This document shows, piece after piece, positions 1 through 8,060 of a DNA stretch of 32,000 nucleotides. The position numbers and the translations under genes were made by a program. A model generated the notes under the pieces. That model had not been told where the DNA came from. It saw only the letters and a program-made list of their open reading frames with translations, and did not search any database. The stretch is from Pseudodesulfovibrio piezophilus C1TLV30. GTDB lineage: Bacteria > Desulfobacterota > Desulfovibrionia > Desulfovibrionales > Desulfovibrionaceae. How positions within the stretch are numbered: position 1 is the first letter of the stretch; each line of letters starts with the position of its first letter. The stretch is from the NCBI RefSeq assembly GCF_000341895.1, contig NC_020409.1, positions 3,212,411-3,244,410 of the forward strand, in the 5' to 3' direction.

Positions 1-1
1 C

Positions 2-1516
2 GGTGCTTATGTAGCCAGTGGACGGTTGGGGATGACACTCATGCCCAAGGTTGAGTCCGATTATGCCTTTGCGCGGGCAGAGCTTCCCTATGGTTCTGCC
101 GTGGCAGACTCCGAGGCCATTCGGGATCGACTACTCAATGCGGCTGAAGAAGTTGTCGCCGAGAATGGCGGTACACGGCTTCAGGAGGGAACATACTCCA
201 AGATCGGCGGAGCTGGCCGCGATATTTCGGGAAGCCATGTTGTCAGTGTCCAGATATTCTTGACCGATGCTGAAACCCGTCCCATCTCGACCGATGAGTT
301 CGTGAAGAAGTGGCGTCAGAAAGCGGGTACTATTCCCGGTCTTGAGTCATTGCTTTTTCAATCCGATAGGGGTGGACCTGGTGCGGGGAATGCCATTGAA
401 CTGGAGTTGAATCACAGTGATGTGAATGTTCTCAAGAGTGCGGCCAGTGAATTGGCCGAGGCTTTGGCCTTCTTCCCCAAGGTCAAGGATATCGATGATG
501 GATTCTCTCCGGGCAAGCAGCAGCTCGACTTCAAGGTCACGCCGGAAGGCGAGAGCCTGGGGCTGGATGCTCAGGAGATCGCCAGTCAGGTTCGCGCCGC
601 ATACTATGGAACAGAAGTCCTGCGCCAGCAACGTGGCCGCAATGAGGTTAAAGTCCTGGTGCGTCGTCCCAAGGATGAACGCATATCGGAATATGATCTT
701 GAAGAGTTCATGATTCATACTCCGGATGACAGGGAAGTCTTGTTGCGCGAGGTCGTGGATATCAAACGGGGACGAGCCTACACCATGATCAAACATGTCA
801 ACGGGCGCAGATCACTCGTTGTCTCCGCAGATGTGAACCCTCGAAGTGAGGCAGGGCAGGTGCTCAAAGACATTCTGCGTGAGACCATGCCACGCCTTCA
901 GGCCAAGTATCCCGGTTTGAGTTATTCCATTGAAGGAAATCAGGGCGATATGAATGAGGGGATGGAAAGCCTTATTTCCGGACTTCTCCTCGCCATGTTG
1001 GTTATCTATGCGCTTCTTGCCATCCCATTCAAAAGTTACACACAGCCTTTGATCATCATGATCTGCATTCCATTTGGGGCAGTCGGTGCCATCATAGGAC
1101 ATATCATGATGGGGTACAGCATCAGTCTGCCGAGCCTTCTTGGGATTGTCGCCCTGTCCGGTGTGGTCGTGAATGATTCACTCGTCTTCATCGATTATAC
1201 CAACCTGAAACGACTCGAAGGACATTGTGCCTATGATGCGGTCCTTCTTACAGGAACAGCGCGTTTTCGTCCCATCATGTTGACGACCATGACAACTTTT
1301 GGGGGACTGGCTCCCATGATCATGGAGACGTCACGTCAGGCACAGTTTCTTATCCCCATGGCCATTTCCCTTGGTTTCGGTATTCTATTTGCCACGGCGA
1401 TTACCCTGATTCTGGTCCCGTCGCTGTATTTGATCTTGGAGGATTGCAAGGAATGGTTATACCGCCTGCGTGGTGTGAAAAAGCCGGTAGGATCGGGAAA
1501 GGAAGTCAATATATGA
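2..1516 (+). CDS. RND (AcrB/AcrD/AcrF-type) efflux permease, C-terminal ~500 aa; 5' end lies upstream of the window
   Basis: The frame is open from base 2, with no stop before the listed TTG at 26. The translation shows a large periplasmic loop followed by the C-terminal TM bundle typical of RND pumps (LISGLLLAMLVIYALLAIPFKSY, GIVALSGVVVNDSLVFIDY, RFRPIMLTTMTTFGGLAPM). Confidence 0.88.
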   Translation, partial: GAYVASGRLGMTLMPKVESDYAFARAELPYGSAVADSEAIRDRLLNAAEEVVAENGGTRLQEGTYSKIGGAGRDISGSHVVSVQIFLTDAETRPISTDEFVKKWRQKAGTIPGLESLLFQSDRGGPGAGNAIELELNHSDVNVLKSAASELAEALAFFPKVKDIDDGFSPGKQQLDFKVTPEGESLGLDAQEIASQVRAAYYGTEVLRQQRGRNEVKVLVRRPKDERISEYDLEEFMIHTPDDREVLLREVVDIKRGRAYTMIKHVNGRRSLVVSADVNPRSEAGQVLKDILRETMPRLQAKYPGLSYSIEGNQGDMNEGMESLISGLLLAMLVIYALLAIPFKSYTQPLIIMICIPFGAVGAIIGHIMMGYSISLPSLLGIVALSGVVVNDSLVFIDYTNLKRLEGHCAYDAVLLTGTARFRPIMLTTMTTFGGLAPMIMETSRQAQFLIPMAISLGFGILFATAITLILVPSLYLILEDCKEWLYRLRGVKKPVGSGKEVNI

Positions 1517-1746
1517 CCATTCTCCCTGCCTATATTGTCGATGGAAAATTGTTTGGCAATGAATTGCTCAAGAAAAAGTGGGAAGCCCGAAAGAGGGAAG
1601 AACACATTCAGACGGATGTGGTGCAAACCCTCGACCAGGTTCTCAATGCCGAAGATCTCATTCTGAATCCGGTGAGCAGGCAAAATACGAAGATTCGGGA
1701 GGGAACGGGCTCGCTTTCCATTGTTCCAATGGTTCAGGAATCTTAA
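1513..1746 (+). CDS. hypothetical small hydrophilic protein (77 aa), start overlaps the RND stop (ATGA)
   Basis: ATG 1513-1515 overlaps TGA 1514-1516 of the RND gene and is in frame with the listed ORF 1444..1746. The product is Lys/Glu-rich with no TM segment and no recognisable motif. Confidence 0.35.
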   Translation: MTILPAYIVDGKLFGNELLKKKWEARKREEHIQTDVVQTLDQVLNAEDLILNPVSRQNTKIREGTGSLSIVPMVQES

Positions 1747-1905
1747 CATGGGTTGATAAATCTTATGTAACGCCCCCCATCGCGTGCCCGATTACTTCTA
1801 TAGAACACCCTCGCTCTGCCGTATGCCCGCCTTTGGGAAGGGGAGACAGTCGTATCGGCTGTTGCCGGGCCGCGGTCAGGGGGGGGACAGCCTAAGGAGA
1901 TGGTT

Positions 1906-2400
1906 ATGGAAATCAGTTCCGTGAGTTCCATGTCCAGCATGATGTCAATGCAGAGCAGTTCGATGCAGGCTCCCCCAGAGCCTCCAGACACATCGGAAAT
2001 GTCCTCTGATTTCATCAGCGCATTGGATTCGGACGGTGATGGAGCACTCAGCGAGACCGAGTTCGCAGCCGGAGGAAGCGGAGACTCTTCTGAAAGCAGT
2101 GAGGTCTTTGATGCCCTTGACACCAATGAAGATGGCATTGTCTCTCAGGATGAAATAGAGGCTGACATGGAAGCCAGGCAGGCTACCATGGAATCCGAAA
2201 TGGAATCCTCCAGTGGATTCAGTGGTATTCAGCAGACAGCTGATACTGCCGAGTTCGAACAACTTATGAGTCTGGTCGGCAGCGGCACAGAGTCTCAGTC
2301 TTCCGGGACCGAGGCCTACAGCCAGATGCAGGACTCTCTGTTCGGAAGTTCCAGCTATGACAGCCAGTCGCTTTCCGGAGGCTTGAGCATCAGGGCGTGA
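1906..2400 (+). CDS. acidic EF-hand pair protein with Ser/Met-rich low-complexity N-terminus
   Basis: Two canonical 12-residue EF loops are present: DSDGDGALSETE and DTNEDGIVSQDE. The SD AAGGAG at 1894-1899 abuts the ATG at 1900, so the ATG at 1906 (6-nt spacing) is the likelier start. A terminator hairpin lies downstream. Confidence 0.8.
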   Translation: MEISSVSSMSSMMSMQSSSMQAPPEPPDTSEMSSDFISALDSDGDGALSETEFAAGGSGDSSESSEVFDALDTNEDGIVSQDEIEADMEARQATMESEMESSSGFSGIQQTADTAEFEQLMSLVGSGTESQSSGTEAYSQMQDSLFGSSSYDSQSLSGGLSIRA

Positions 2401-2449
2401 TACACTGGTTCTACTCCCTTCGTGGTTGTTGATAGGAGTATCTGCTCGG

Positions 2450-2469
2450 GCCGCGCCTTTTGGCGCGGC
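2450..2469 (+). terminator. stem-loop GCCGCGCC-TTTT-GGCGCGGC followed by a T-rich tail; terminator of the EF-hand gene
   Basis: Perfect 8-bp GC stem with a 4-nt loop, about 50 nt after the stop at 2400, followed by TCTTCATTGTC. Confidence 0.6.
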
Positions 2470-2533
2470 TCTTCATTGTCGGAAGCAATACTTATGTGAT
2501 TCCCCGGATTCTCTCTTTTCTCGACAGAAGAAA

Positions 2534-2563
2534 GCCCCTTCATGGTTCAGTGCATGAAGGGGC
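2534..2563 (-). terminator. stem-loop GCCCCTTCATG-N8-CATGAAGGGGC; terminator of the minus-strand LTXXQ gene
   Basis: Perfect 11-bp stem. On the minus strand it is followed by TTTCTTCTGTCG. It lies about 50 nt after the stop at 2614. Confidence 0.65.
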
Positions 2564-2613
2564 CTGTGTCTCTGTCATTTCACCGTGGCAGAAGAATTTT
2601 TTATGCAAAGTCC

Positions 2614-3035
2614 CTACATGGGCCCTCTCCCTCCCGGTCCTCCTGGTCCACGCCCCCCTTCTGGGGGCTGTTTTCCTTCATGTCTTTTGGATTCTTCCTC
2701 AAGCAATTTGCTGTATAATTCCATTTGTTCGTCGGAGAGATGTTCAGCGAGTTTTTTGTAGGTTTCCCATTCCAGGTCTTCCATCTTCTCCCGTTGTGCT
2801 TTGCTTGCTTCCCTGTGACTCTCGTCCGGTACTCCCATAATTTCTGCTTGTTTGCGGTGGGCTTCTTCAAGGATAGGGCGAACGACTTCGACCTGCTCAT
2901 CTGTCAGCATGAGTTTTTTTTGGAGAGCATCCATCCGTTGTTTTGGGTCGGGGGGGCAGGCCTTGAATCATGTGAAGCACAGGCTGCCAGGGTGGCAACA
3001 AGCATGAGTATCAGAATTTGGAGAGTTTTTTTCAT
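2614..3035 (-). pseudogene. LTXXQ-motif (Spy/CpxP/ZraP-like) periplasmic lipoprotein, split by a frameshift in a C7 tract (G7 on + strand, 2950-2956)
   Basis: ATG 3035 is preceded by GAGGAA and encodes MKKTLQILILMLVATLAAC, a signal peptide with a lipobox. That frame stops at 2904. The body ORF 2614..2934 (LTDEQ and LSDEQ motifs, helical, Gly/Pro tail) is in another frame and has no SD. One extra C in the tract would fuse the two frames. Confidence 0.6.
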
Positions 3036-3212
3036 ACATTCCTCGCAATTGGTTTTCGAGCGATCAGAGTTGCCGAAGAGACTCGTGGACGTAACCGTGA
3101 CGGCCACAGCACACTTTAGCATTGCGAGGTTAAAAAACTTTTGTGTGGGTGTTAAAAGCTGTTAACGAAATACCAAGAATTCTACGCTTACTCTTTTGGG
3201 CATGGAGGCTGA

Positions 3213-3644
3213 TTAGACTGAGCGGGTACTACAGTTCTCGCAGACCCCCTCCAGATGCAGGGCAATGGTCTTGACTGTCATGCCGACTGAGTTGGCGATA
3301 GCATCTTCATCAAATTGCAAAGTCGTGTTTTCGATACATTGCACCTGACCGCACTGTGTACAGTGAAAATGGCTATGGTCGTGGCCGACGCAAAAATGAA
3401 GGGCGCGTTCGCCCGTGCTGATGCGGTTGATCGCCCCCTTGTCTGCCAGAAGGTCAAGGATCCGATAGACCGTAACCCTGTTGATCTTGTGTTCATCAAG
3501 AACGGCCTCGAAGACTTCGCGAGCAGTCAGAGGATGGCCACTTGCGACCACGGCGGAAAGGATCAGAATTCGATTCAGAGTCGGGTCCAATCCGGTTTGT
3601 TCCAGAAATTCGTGTGCTGCCTCGGCTGCATTGCACAATTTCAT
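3213..3644 (-). CDS. zur: Fur-family metalloregulator, probably Zur
   Basis: 143 aa with a winged-helix region (RVTVYRILDLLADKG), a His cluster (VGHDHSHFHC) and two CxxC pairs (CTQC, CENC). It sits directly downstream of znuA. Confidence 0.8.
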   Translation of the reverse strand: MKLCNAAEAAHEFLEQTGLDPTLNRILILSAVVASGHPLTAREVFEAVLDEHKINRVTVYRILDLLADKGAINRISTGERALHFCVGHDHSHFHCTQCGQVQCIENTTLQFDEDAIANSVGMTVKTIALHLEGVCENCSTRSV

Positions 3645-3727
3645 TATTCAATCTCCTTGGGGACATTCCGGGGGAGAATTCCCATGTCTTTCCAGTCGTT
3701 GCATCCTCAGATGCACACTCCCCTTTC

Positions 3728-3753
3728 GGCCTCGCCGTGTAGAGGGCGAGGCC
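3728..3753 (-). other. 9-bp GC-rich stem-loop (GGCCTCGCC-N8-GGCGAGGCC) immediately after the znuA stop, with no U-run
   Basis: Perfect inverted repeat 10 nt downstream of the stop at 3763. No T-tract follows on the minus strand, so it may be an mRNA-stabilising or attenuating hairpin between znuA and zur rather than a full terminator. Confidence 0.4.
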
Positions 3754-3762
3754 GGGGGGAAT

Positions 3763-4734
3763 TTATCTGAGTGCGTCAACAAAGGCATCCGTGGCATCAA
3801 GCAGGTTCTTTTTCCAGTCCTCGGCCAATGGATCCAGAGGAAGAACCTGTGCTCCCAGTTCGTCGGCAATGACCTGCGCATTCTTTCGCGAGAATTGCGG
3901 CTGTACGAAAACAACATGAATATCGAGTTCTTGACCGTGTTCGATAATTTCGGCCAGATGTTTCGGGCTGGGCTCGTTACCTTCTTCTTCGATGGTTATC
4001 TGGGTGAGTCCATACTGGTCTGCAAAGTACCCCCAGGAAGGGTGGAAGACCAGAAACGAACGTCTGTTTTTCGGGACCATGGCGAGTTTGTCAGCAATGG
4101 CCTTGTCTGTCTTTTCAATTTCGCGGATGAAAGCTGCTAAATTTCTTTCGTACGCCAGTTTGTTTGCCGGGTCTATCTCCACCAGGCCGGCGCATATGTT
4201 GCTGGCAATGATTTTCACTCTTGCTGGAGAGAGCCAGACATGAGGATCAAGTCCTTTGTGTTCATGGTGTCCGTGCTCCTCGGCATGTCCGTGCATTGCA
4301 TGTTCATGCTCCTCGGAATGTTCATGCATGGCGTGTTCATGCTCATGAGCTTCATGGTTTTCGCCATGTTCTTCGTGGTGGTGAGCAACCATGGCTATTT
4401 TGGTGATACCATGATCTGTCTCAAAGACCTGTAATGCCGAGTTTGCGCTCTTGATGCGGGGAATCCATGTCTCCTCAAGGGTAATGCCGATGGAAAAATA
4501 TGCTTTGGCCTTGGAGAGTTGCGTCATTTGCTTTGGGCTAGGTTCATACATATGCGGATTTGCTCCGGGCATGACCAGGACATCAACATTGACCAGGTCT
4601 TTGCCGATTTGCTCCACAAAATATTTTTGCGGCATGATCGAGACAAAAACATTGGTCTGCGCTCCCATGGCGGGAAGAGCGGTCAGGGTAAGAGCCAGTA
4701 GGCTGCTCAAGAATACTTTGAATATTTGTTTCAT
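3763..4734 (-). CDS. znuA: periplasmic zinc-binding protein of a ZnuABC-type (cluster 9 / TroA-like) transporter
   Basis: Signal peptide MKQIFKVFLSSLLALTLTALPAMGA. A long His/Glu-rich loop (HHHEEHGENHEAHEHEHAMHEHSEEHEHAMHGHAEEHGHHEH) is typical of ZnuA. The start is moved to ATG 4734, preceded by GAGGAAAAA; the listed N-terminal extension to 4779 has no SD. Confidence 0.88.
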   Translation of the reverse strand: MKQIFKVFLSSLLALTLTALPAMGAQTNVFVSIMPQKYFVEQIGKDLVNVDVLVMPGANPHMYEPSPKQMTQLSKAKAYFSIGITLEETWIPRIKSANSALQVFETDHGITKIAMVAHHHEEHGENHEAHEHEHAMHEHSEEHEHAMHGHAEEHGHHEHKGLDPHVWLSPARVKIIASNICAGLVEIDPANKLAYERNLAAFIREIEKTDKAIADKLAMVPKNRRSFLVFHPSWGYFADQYGLTQITIEEEGNEPSPKHLAEIIEHGQELDIHVVFVQPQFSRKNAQVIADELGAQVLPLDPLAEDWKKNLLDATDAFVDALR

Positions 4735-4778
4735 TTTTTCCTCAAGGCAGAGTGTTATTAAAGCGATCTCTTTGCACA

Positions 4779-4795
4779 ATGCAACACAGTTGCAT
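4779..4795. promoter_or_regulatory. candidate Zur operator ATGCAAC-ACA-GTTGCAT
   Basis: Perfect 7-3-7 palindrome 45-61 nt upstream of the znuA ATG. It matches my recollection of the Zur signal predicted for Desulfovibrio (ATGCAACnnnGTTGCAT). Confidence 0.6.
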
Positions 4796-5009
4796 GAAAA
4801 GTCAATTCTGTGTGCGGACTTTCCTTACTGTTCGTTTGATCGCTCATACATGATCTGCGTGTTTTTTGAGGGCCAGGGATTGTGCGGAATAAGAGCAGTC
4901 CAGCAAAGGGCTGGAGAAGAGGAGAGAATCTCTTATCTCCCGGATGCGAGGGAGCTCTTTTTCATTCATGTCCTTTTCGGGAAGAGACTTACTGGTGTTG
5001 GGAGAAGAG

Positions 5010-5042
5010 AAAAGGCAGGCGCCCTTTCGGGGCCTGCCTTTT
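5010..5042 (-). terminator. bidirectional-looking intrinsic terminator after the transglutaminase-like gene
   Basis: AAAAGGCAGGC(G)CCC-TTTC-GGGGCCTGCCTTTT forms a 10-bp GC-rich stem with one bulge, flanked by A and T runs. It lies about 60 nt after the stop at 5103. Confidence 0.75.
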
Positions 5043-5102
5043 GATCTCTGAATGGATTTTGTCTTCAGCTGTTCTGTTTTGGTTAAACTTGTGCTGTCGA
5101 GG

Positions 5103-6134
5103 TTAGTCGGCAGTATAGTTCACGCTGTAGGTAAAGGCTGACGAATCAAAGTAGTTGAGCGGCTTGCCGTCCACCTCAGCGTAGGGGTACATCATGTAAT
5201 TGATGGGAGCGCCCTGTTGTGCCGGAGTCAGGACAACGCCTCTGGCTCCCTTGTTCAAGGTCACACGGAAAAGGTCATCGCCGCCCCAGAAGAACTCGCG
5301 CCACTCTTCCACTGCCTTATCGCCCATCTTGAGGTCGTGGACCAGCATCATTTTCCGAACATCAGCGGGATCTGCAGGAACCCATCCGGTGCCGGGAAGG
5401 TAGAATTCAGCCCAGCAGTGGTACCCGCTGGTGACGTCACCGGTCTTGGGGCTGCCAAGGCGCAGACCGTAGACATCTCGCGCAGGGACGCCTGCGGCGC
5501 GGGCCATGGTCACGAAAACAGCACTGATATCGGCGCACTTTCCGCCACCTTCGCATTCATAGAGGGTGCGTCCCGGTTTGGCCAGACCGCAGCCTGTCAC
5601 ATTGGGGTCGCGGACTGTGTTGTCAACGGTCCAGTCATAGATGGCGCGGGCTTTTTCAAGAATCGTTTTTTTACCGGCAACCACTTTCTGGGCCTGCTCA
5701 GTGAATGCCTTCACCGGAATTTCCAGAGTAGATTTCAGGTATTCCTCTTTGATAGGAGCCGGGATGGGCAGATTGGATTCCTTGATGGAAGCGACTTTTC
5801 TGCTGGAAAGATCGGCATGAAAGCTCATGGTCAACTCGGGCTGTCCTGCAACGGCAGGCCATCCGGCGTACAGGAACATGGCACCACTTTTTTCATCGCG
5901 GTACACTGAAGATGTTGCAAAGTTACCATCGACCTTGAGATCTGTGATTTTTTGAGCGTCATTGGAAAGTGGATATGGGATCCACACATTGACGGTTTTT
6001 GTTTCACTGGTAACAGTCGGTTTGACGGTGTATTTGACGACGCCGCTGTGCTGGGCGGCGAAAGCAGCCACGGAGTAAGTGGTCATCATGACCACTGCAA
6101 GCGTGCGAAGAACGATTTTGGTCAAATTTTTCAT
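5103..6134 (-). CDS. secreted transglutaminase-like (Cys-His-Asp) domain protein
   Basis: Signal peptide MKNLTKIVLRTLAVVMMTTYSVAAFA. The triad contexts are GGKCADIS, GYHCWAEFY and WVPADPAD. The start is taken at ATG 6134, preceded by GGGAGA. Confidence 0.8.
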   Translation of the reverse strand: MKNLTKIVLRTLAVVMMTTYSVAAFAAQHSGVVKYTVKPTVTSETKTVNVWIPYPLSNDAQKITDLKVDGNFATSSVYRDEKSGAMFLYAGWPAVAGQPELTMSFHADLSSRKVASIKESNLPIPAPIKEEYLKSTLEIPVKAFTEQAQKVVAGKKTILEKARAIYDWTVDNTVRDPNVTGCGLAKPGRTLYECEGGGKCADISAVFVTMARAAGVPARDVYGLRLGSPKTGDVTSGYHCWAEFYLPGTGWVPADPADVRKMMLVHDLKMGDKAVEEWREFFWGGDDLFRVTLNKGARGVVLTPAQQGAPINYMMYPYAEVDGKPLNYFDSSAFTYSVNYTAD

Positions 6135-6415
6135 ATTTCTCCCTGAGTATGAATAGTGGATTCTGTTCACTAGCTATTGCCGTGAAAGAATGCCAATTCA
6201 AAAAAACTATCTCTCCTTGGTTTGGTATTAAGATTGTCAATTTTTGATCCCTTTCCAGACCAAAGGAAGGGACCTTTTTATCGAAAATTGATCACTGTGC
6301 CAAAGGCGTGAAGGCGGTGTCTCATGGAATTTTTGACGATCGAAACGAGTGGGAGGCGGTTTTTTCGCTCTGAGTGCCTTTTCCTTTTCTTCTAATGAGA
6401 GGTTGTTAAACGTAG

Positions 6416-6456
6416 AAAACGGTGCGCAGATCGAGTTGAGACATGCACACCGTTTT
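6416..6456 (-). terminator. stem-loop AAAACGGTGCGCA-N15-TGCACACCGTTTT after emrB
   Basis: 13-bp arms with one mismatch. The T-run follows on the minus strand, about 20 nt after the stop at 6478. Confidence 0.55.
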
Positions 6457-6477
6457 CAGGGGAGGAGGGGTGTCGTT

Positions 6478-8058
6478 TTATGATTCGTTGGTTTGTTTGG
6501 CGATCAGCTCTTTCATTTGTTTTTTACTCGGCAGGAAGAAGATTAGTGGAATGAGAAGTAGGAACAGCGCACCAAAAATGAACGATGTATCGTTGTATGC
6601 CATCATGGTGGATTCCCGTTTCATGAGTGCATCGAGCATTCCCAGGGTGAGACTCTTGATTTGGAGTGCGCTGTATCCAAGCCCATGAAAGTATTGGCTT
6701 AAAGTCGCCATATAGTCCTGAGTTGACTGGCTTAGTTCGCTGATGTGTTCGGACAGGTGTGCATGGTGCCTTTGGACACCCTGGTCCACAAGAACAGCGA
6801 CCAAGGCGTAGCCGATGTTTCCGCCAACCCGTCGGGCAAGGGTGTAGACACTTGACGCATCAGTCATGTCACTTTTGTTGACAGTGGAGAGAGAAACCGT
6901 GCTCAACGGAACGAACATGAACGGCATACCTATGCCCATGATCACGAGCGGTGGGATAAGGTCAAAGAAACCAGCCTGTGCGCTCAATTGCATAAGGTCA
7001 TAGTAAGACCAGATAATAATGAGGATTCCTGAAAAGATCAGCGTCTTGGCTCCAAGACGTTGATATGCCCAGCCCGCAATAGGCATGAAGACGACCAATG
7101 CCATTGCACGGGGAGCCATGGCGAGTCCTGCTTCAAAGGCCGGATATCCCAGTATTTCTTGAGTGAACTGGGGCAGGATGAAAGTCGTGCCGAACAGGGA
7201 AACACCGAAGATCAACCCCATGATTGAGCCAAGGGTCAGATTTCGGTCTTTGAGCACTCTTAAATTGATGACAGGGTCTTTGCACCGAAGTTCCCAGATA
7301 ATGAGTAAAAGCATGGAAATAAGAGTGGTTGCTGTCCAGACGATGATTTCAGTTGATTCAAACCAGTTTTGTTCCTGGCCACGCTCCAGAACAATCTGCA
7401 TGCCGGTCAGAAAGATCGTCAACAGGCCGATTCCAAGCCAGTCAACGGATTGAATGCCTCGACGCAGATAAGGCGGATCGTAGACAAACTTGAAAGTCAG
7501 AGCCATACCTATGATGCATATGGGAATGTTGATATAGAATATCCAAGGCCAACCCCAGGCATCGGTCAACCAACCGCCACAGATGGGGCCGAGAGCCGGA
7601 GCCAGGACAACTCCCATTCCGTAGAGGGCCATGGCCATACCTTGCTGTGCAGGGGGAAAAGTCTCCCGCAGGATGGCCTGGGAGACAGGGATCAAGGCTC
7701 CACCTCCAATACCCTGAATAATGCGGTAAATGATCATTTGCGAGAAGGTGGTCGCTGTACCGCAGAGGATGGAACCAATTGTGAAAATGGCAAAAGAAGC
7801 CAGATAGAGGGTTTTCCGTCCGATGAGGGCACTCCACCAGCCTGACATGGTGACCATGATAATTTCAGCAATACTATAGCTTGTGGCAACCCACGTGATG
7901 GCGGTCAGGTCTGTTCCGAAGCTGCCCATCATGTGCGGCATGGATACGTTGACCACGCTGGTATCCATGACAGCCATGAAAGCGCCGAACATGACAGTGA
8001 TGGCTATGGTCCATCGTTCGGTCGGACTCATGGTCAACGGGTCTTTGAATTCCGCCAT
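6478..8058 (-). CDS. emrB: MFS DHA2-family (EmrB/QacA, 14-TMS) drug efflux transporter
   Basis: 526 aa. The N-terminus WTIAITVMFGAFMAVMDTSVVNVSMPHM, motif-A-like LIGRKTLYL and the length fit EmrB-type 14-TMS exporters. The gene is tightly linked (2-nt gap) to the HlyD-family gene upstream. Confidence 0.9.
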   Translation of the reverse strand: MAEFKDPLTMSPTERWTIAITVMFGAFMAVMDTSVVNVSMPHMMGSFGTDLTAITWVATSYSIAEIIMVTMSGWWSALIGRKTLYLASFAIFTIGSILCGTATTFSQMIIYRIIQGIGGGALIPVSQAILRETFPPAQQGMAMALYGMGVVLAPALGPICGGWLTDAWGWPWIFYINIPICIIGMALTFKFVYDPPYLRRGIQSVDWLGIGLLTIFLTGMQIVLERGQEQNWFESTEIIVWTATTLISMLLLIIWELRCKDPVINLRVLKDRNLTLGSIMGLIFGVSLFGTTFILPQFTQEILGYPAFEAGLAMAPRAMALVVFMPIAGWAYQRLGAKTLIFSGILIIIWSYYDLMQLSAQAGFFDLIPPLVIMGIGMPFMFVPLSTVSLSTVNKSDMTDASSVYTLARRVGGNIGYALVAVLVDQGVQRHHAHLSEHISELSQSTQDYMATLSQYFHGLGYSALQIKSLTLGMLDALMKRESTMMAYNDTSFIFGALFLLLIPLIFFLPSKKQMKELIAKQTNES

Positions 8059-8060
8059 GG

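Noticed and set aside
4240-4400. Repetitive DNA (catg/ttcatg units) that could be mistaken for a tandem repeat or CRISPR-like array.
   Set aside because: It is the coding sequence of the ZnuA His/Glu-rich loop (EHEHAMHEHSE / EHEHAMHGHAE). It is in frame, with no spacer/repeat periodicity.
4735-4779. N-terminal extensions in the ORF track: znuA to 4779, transglutaminase-like to 6170, livF to 11245, Met-rich protein to 21036, cusB to 27217, PP2C sensor from 28885.
   Set aside because: In each case an internal ATG with a good Shine-Dalgarno gives a canonical signal peptide or N-terminus. The extension would overlap the upstream gene or lacks an RBS.
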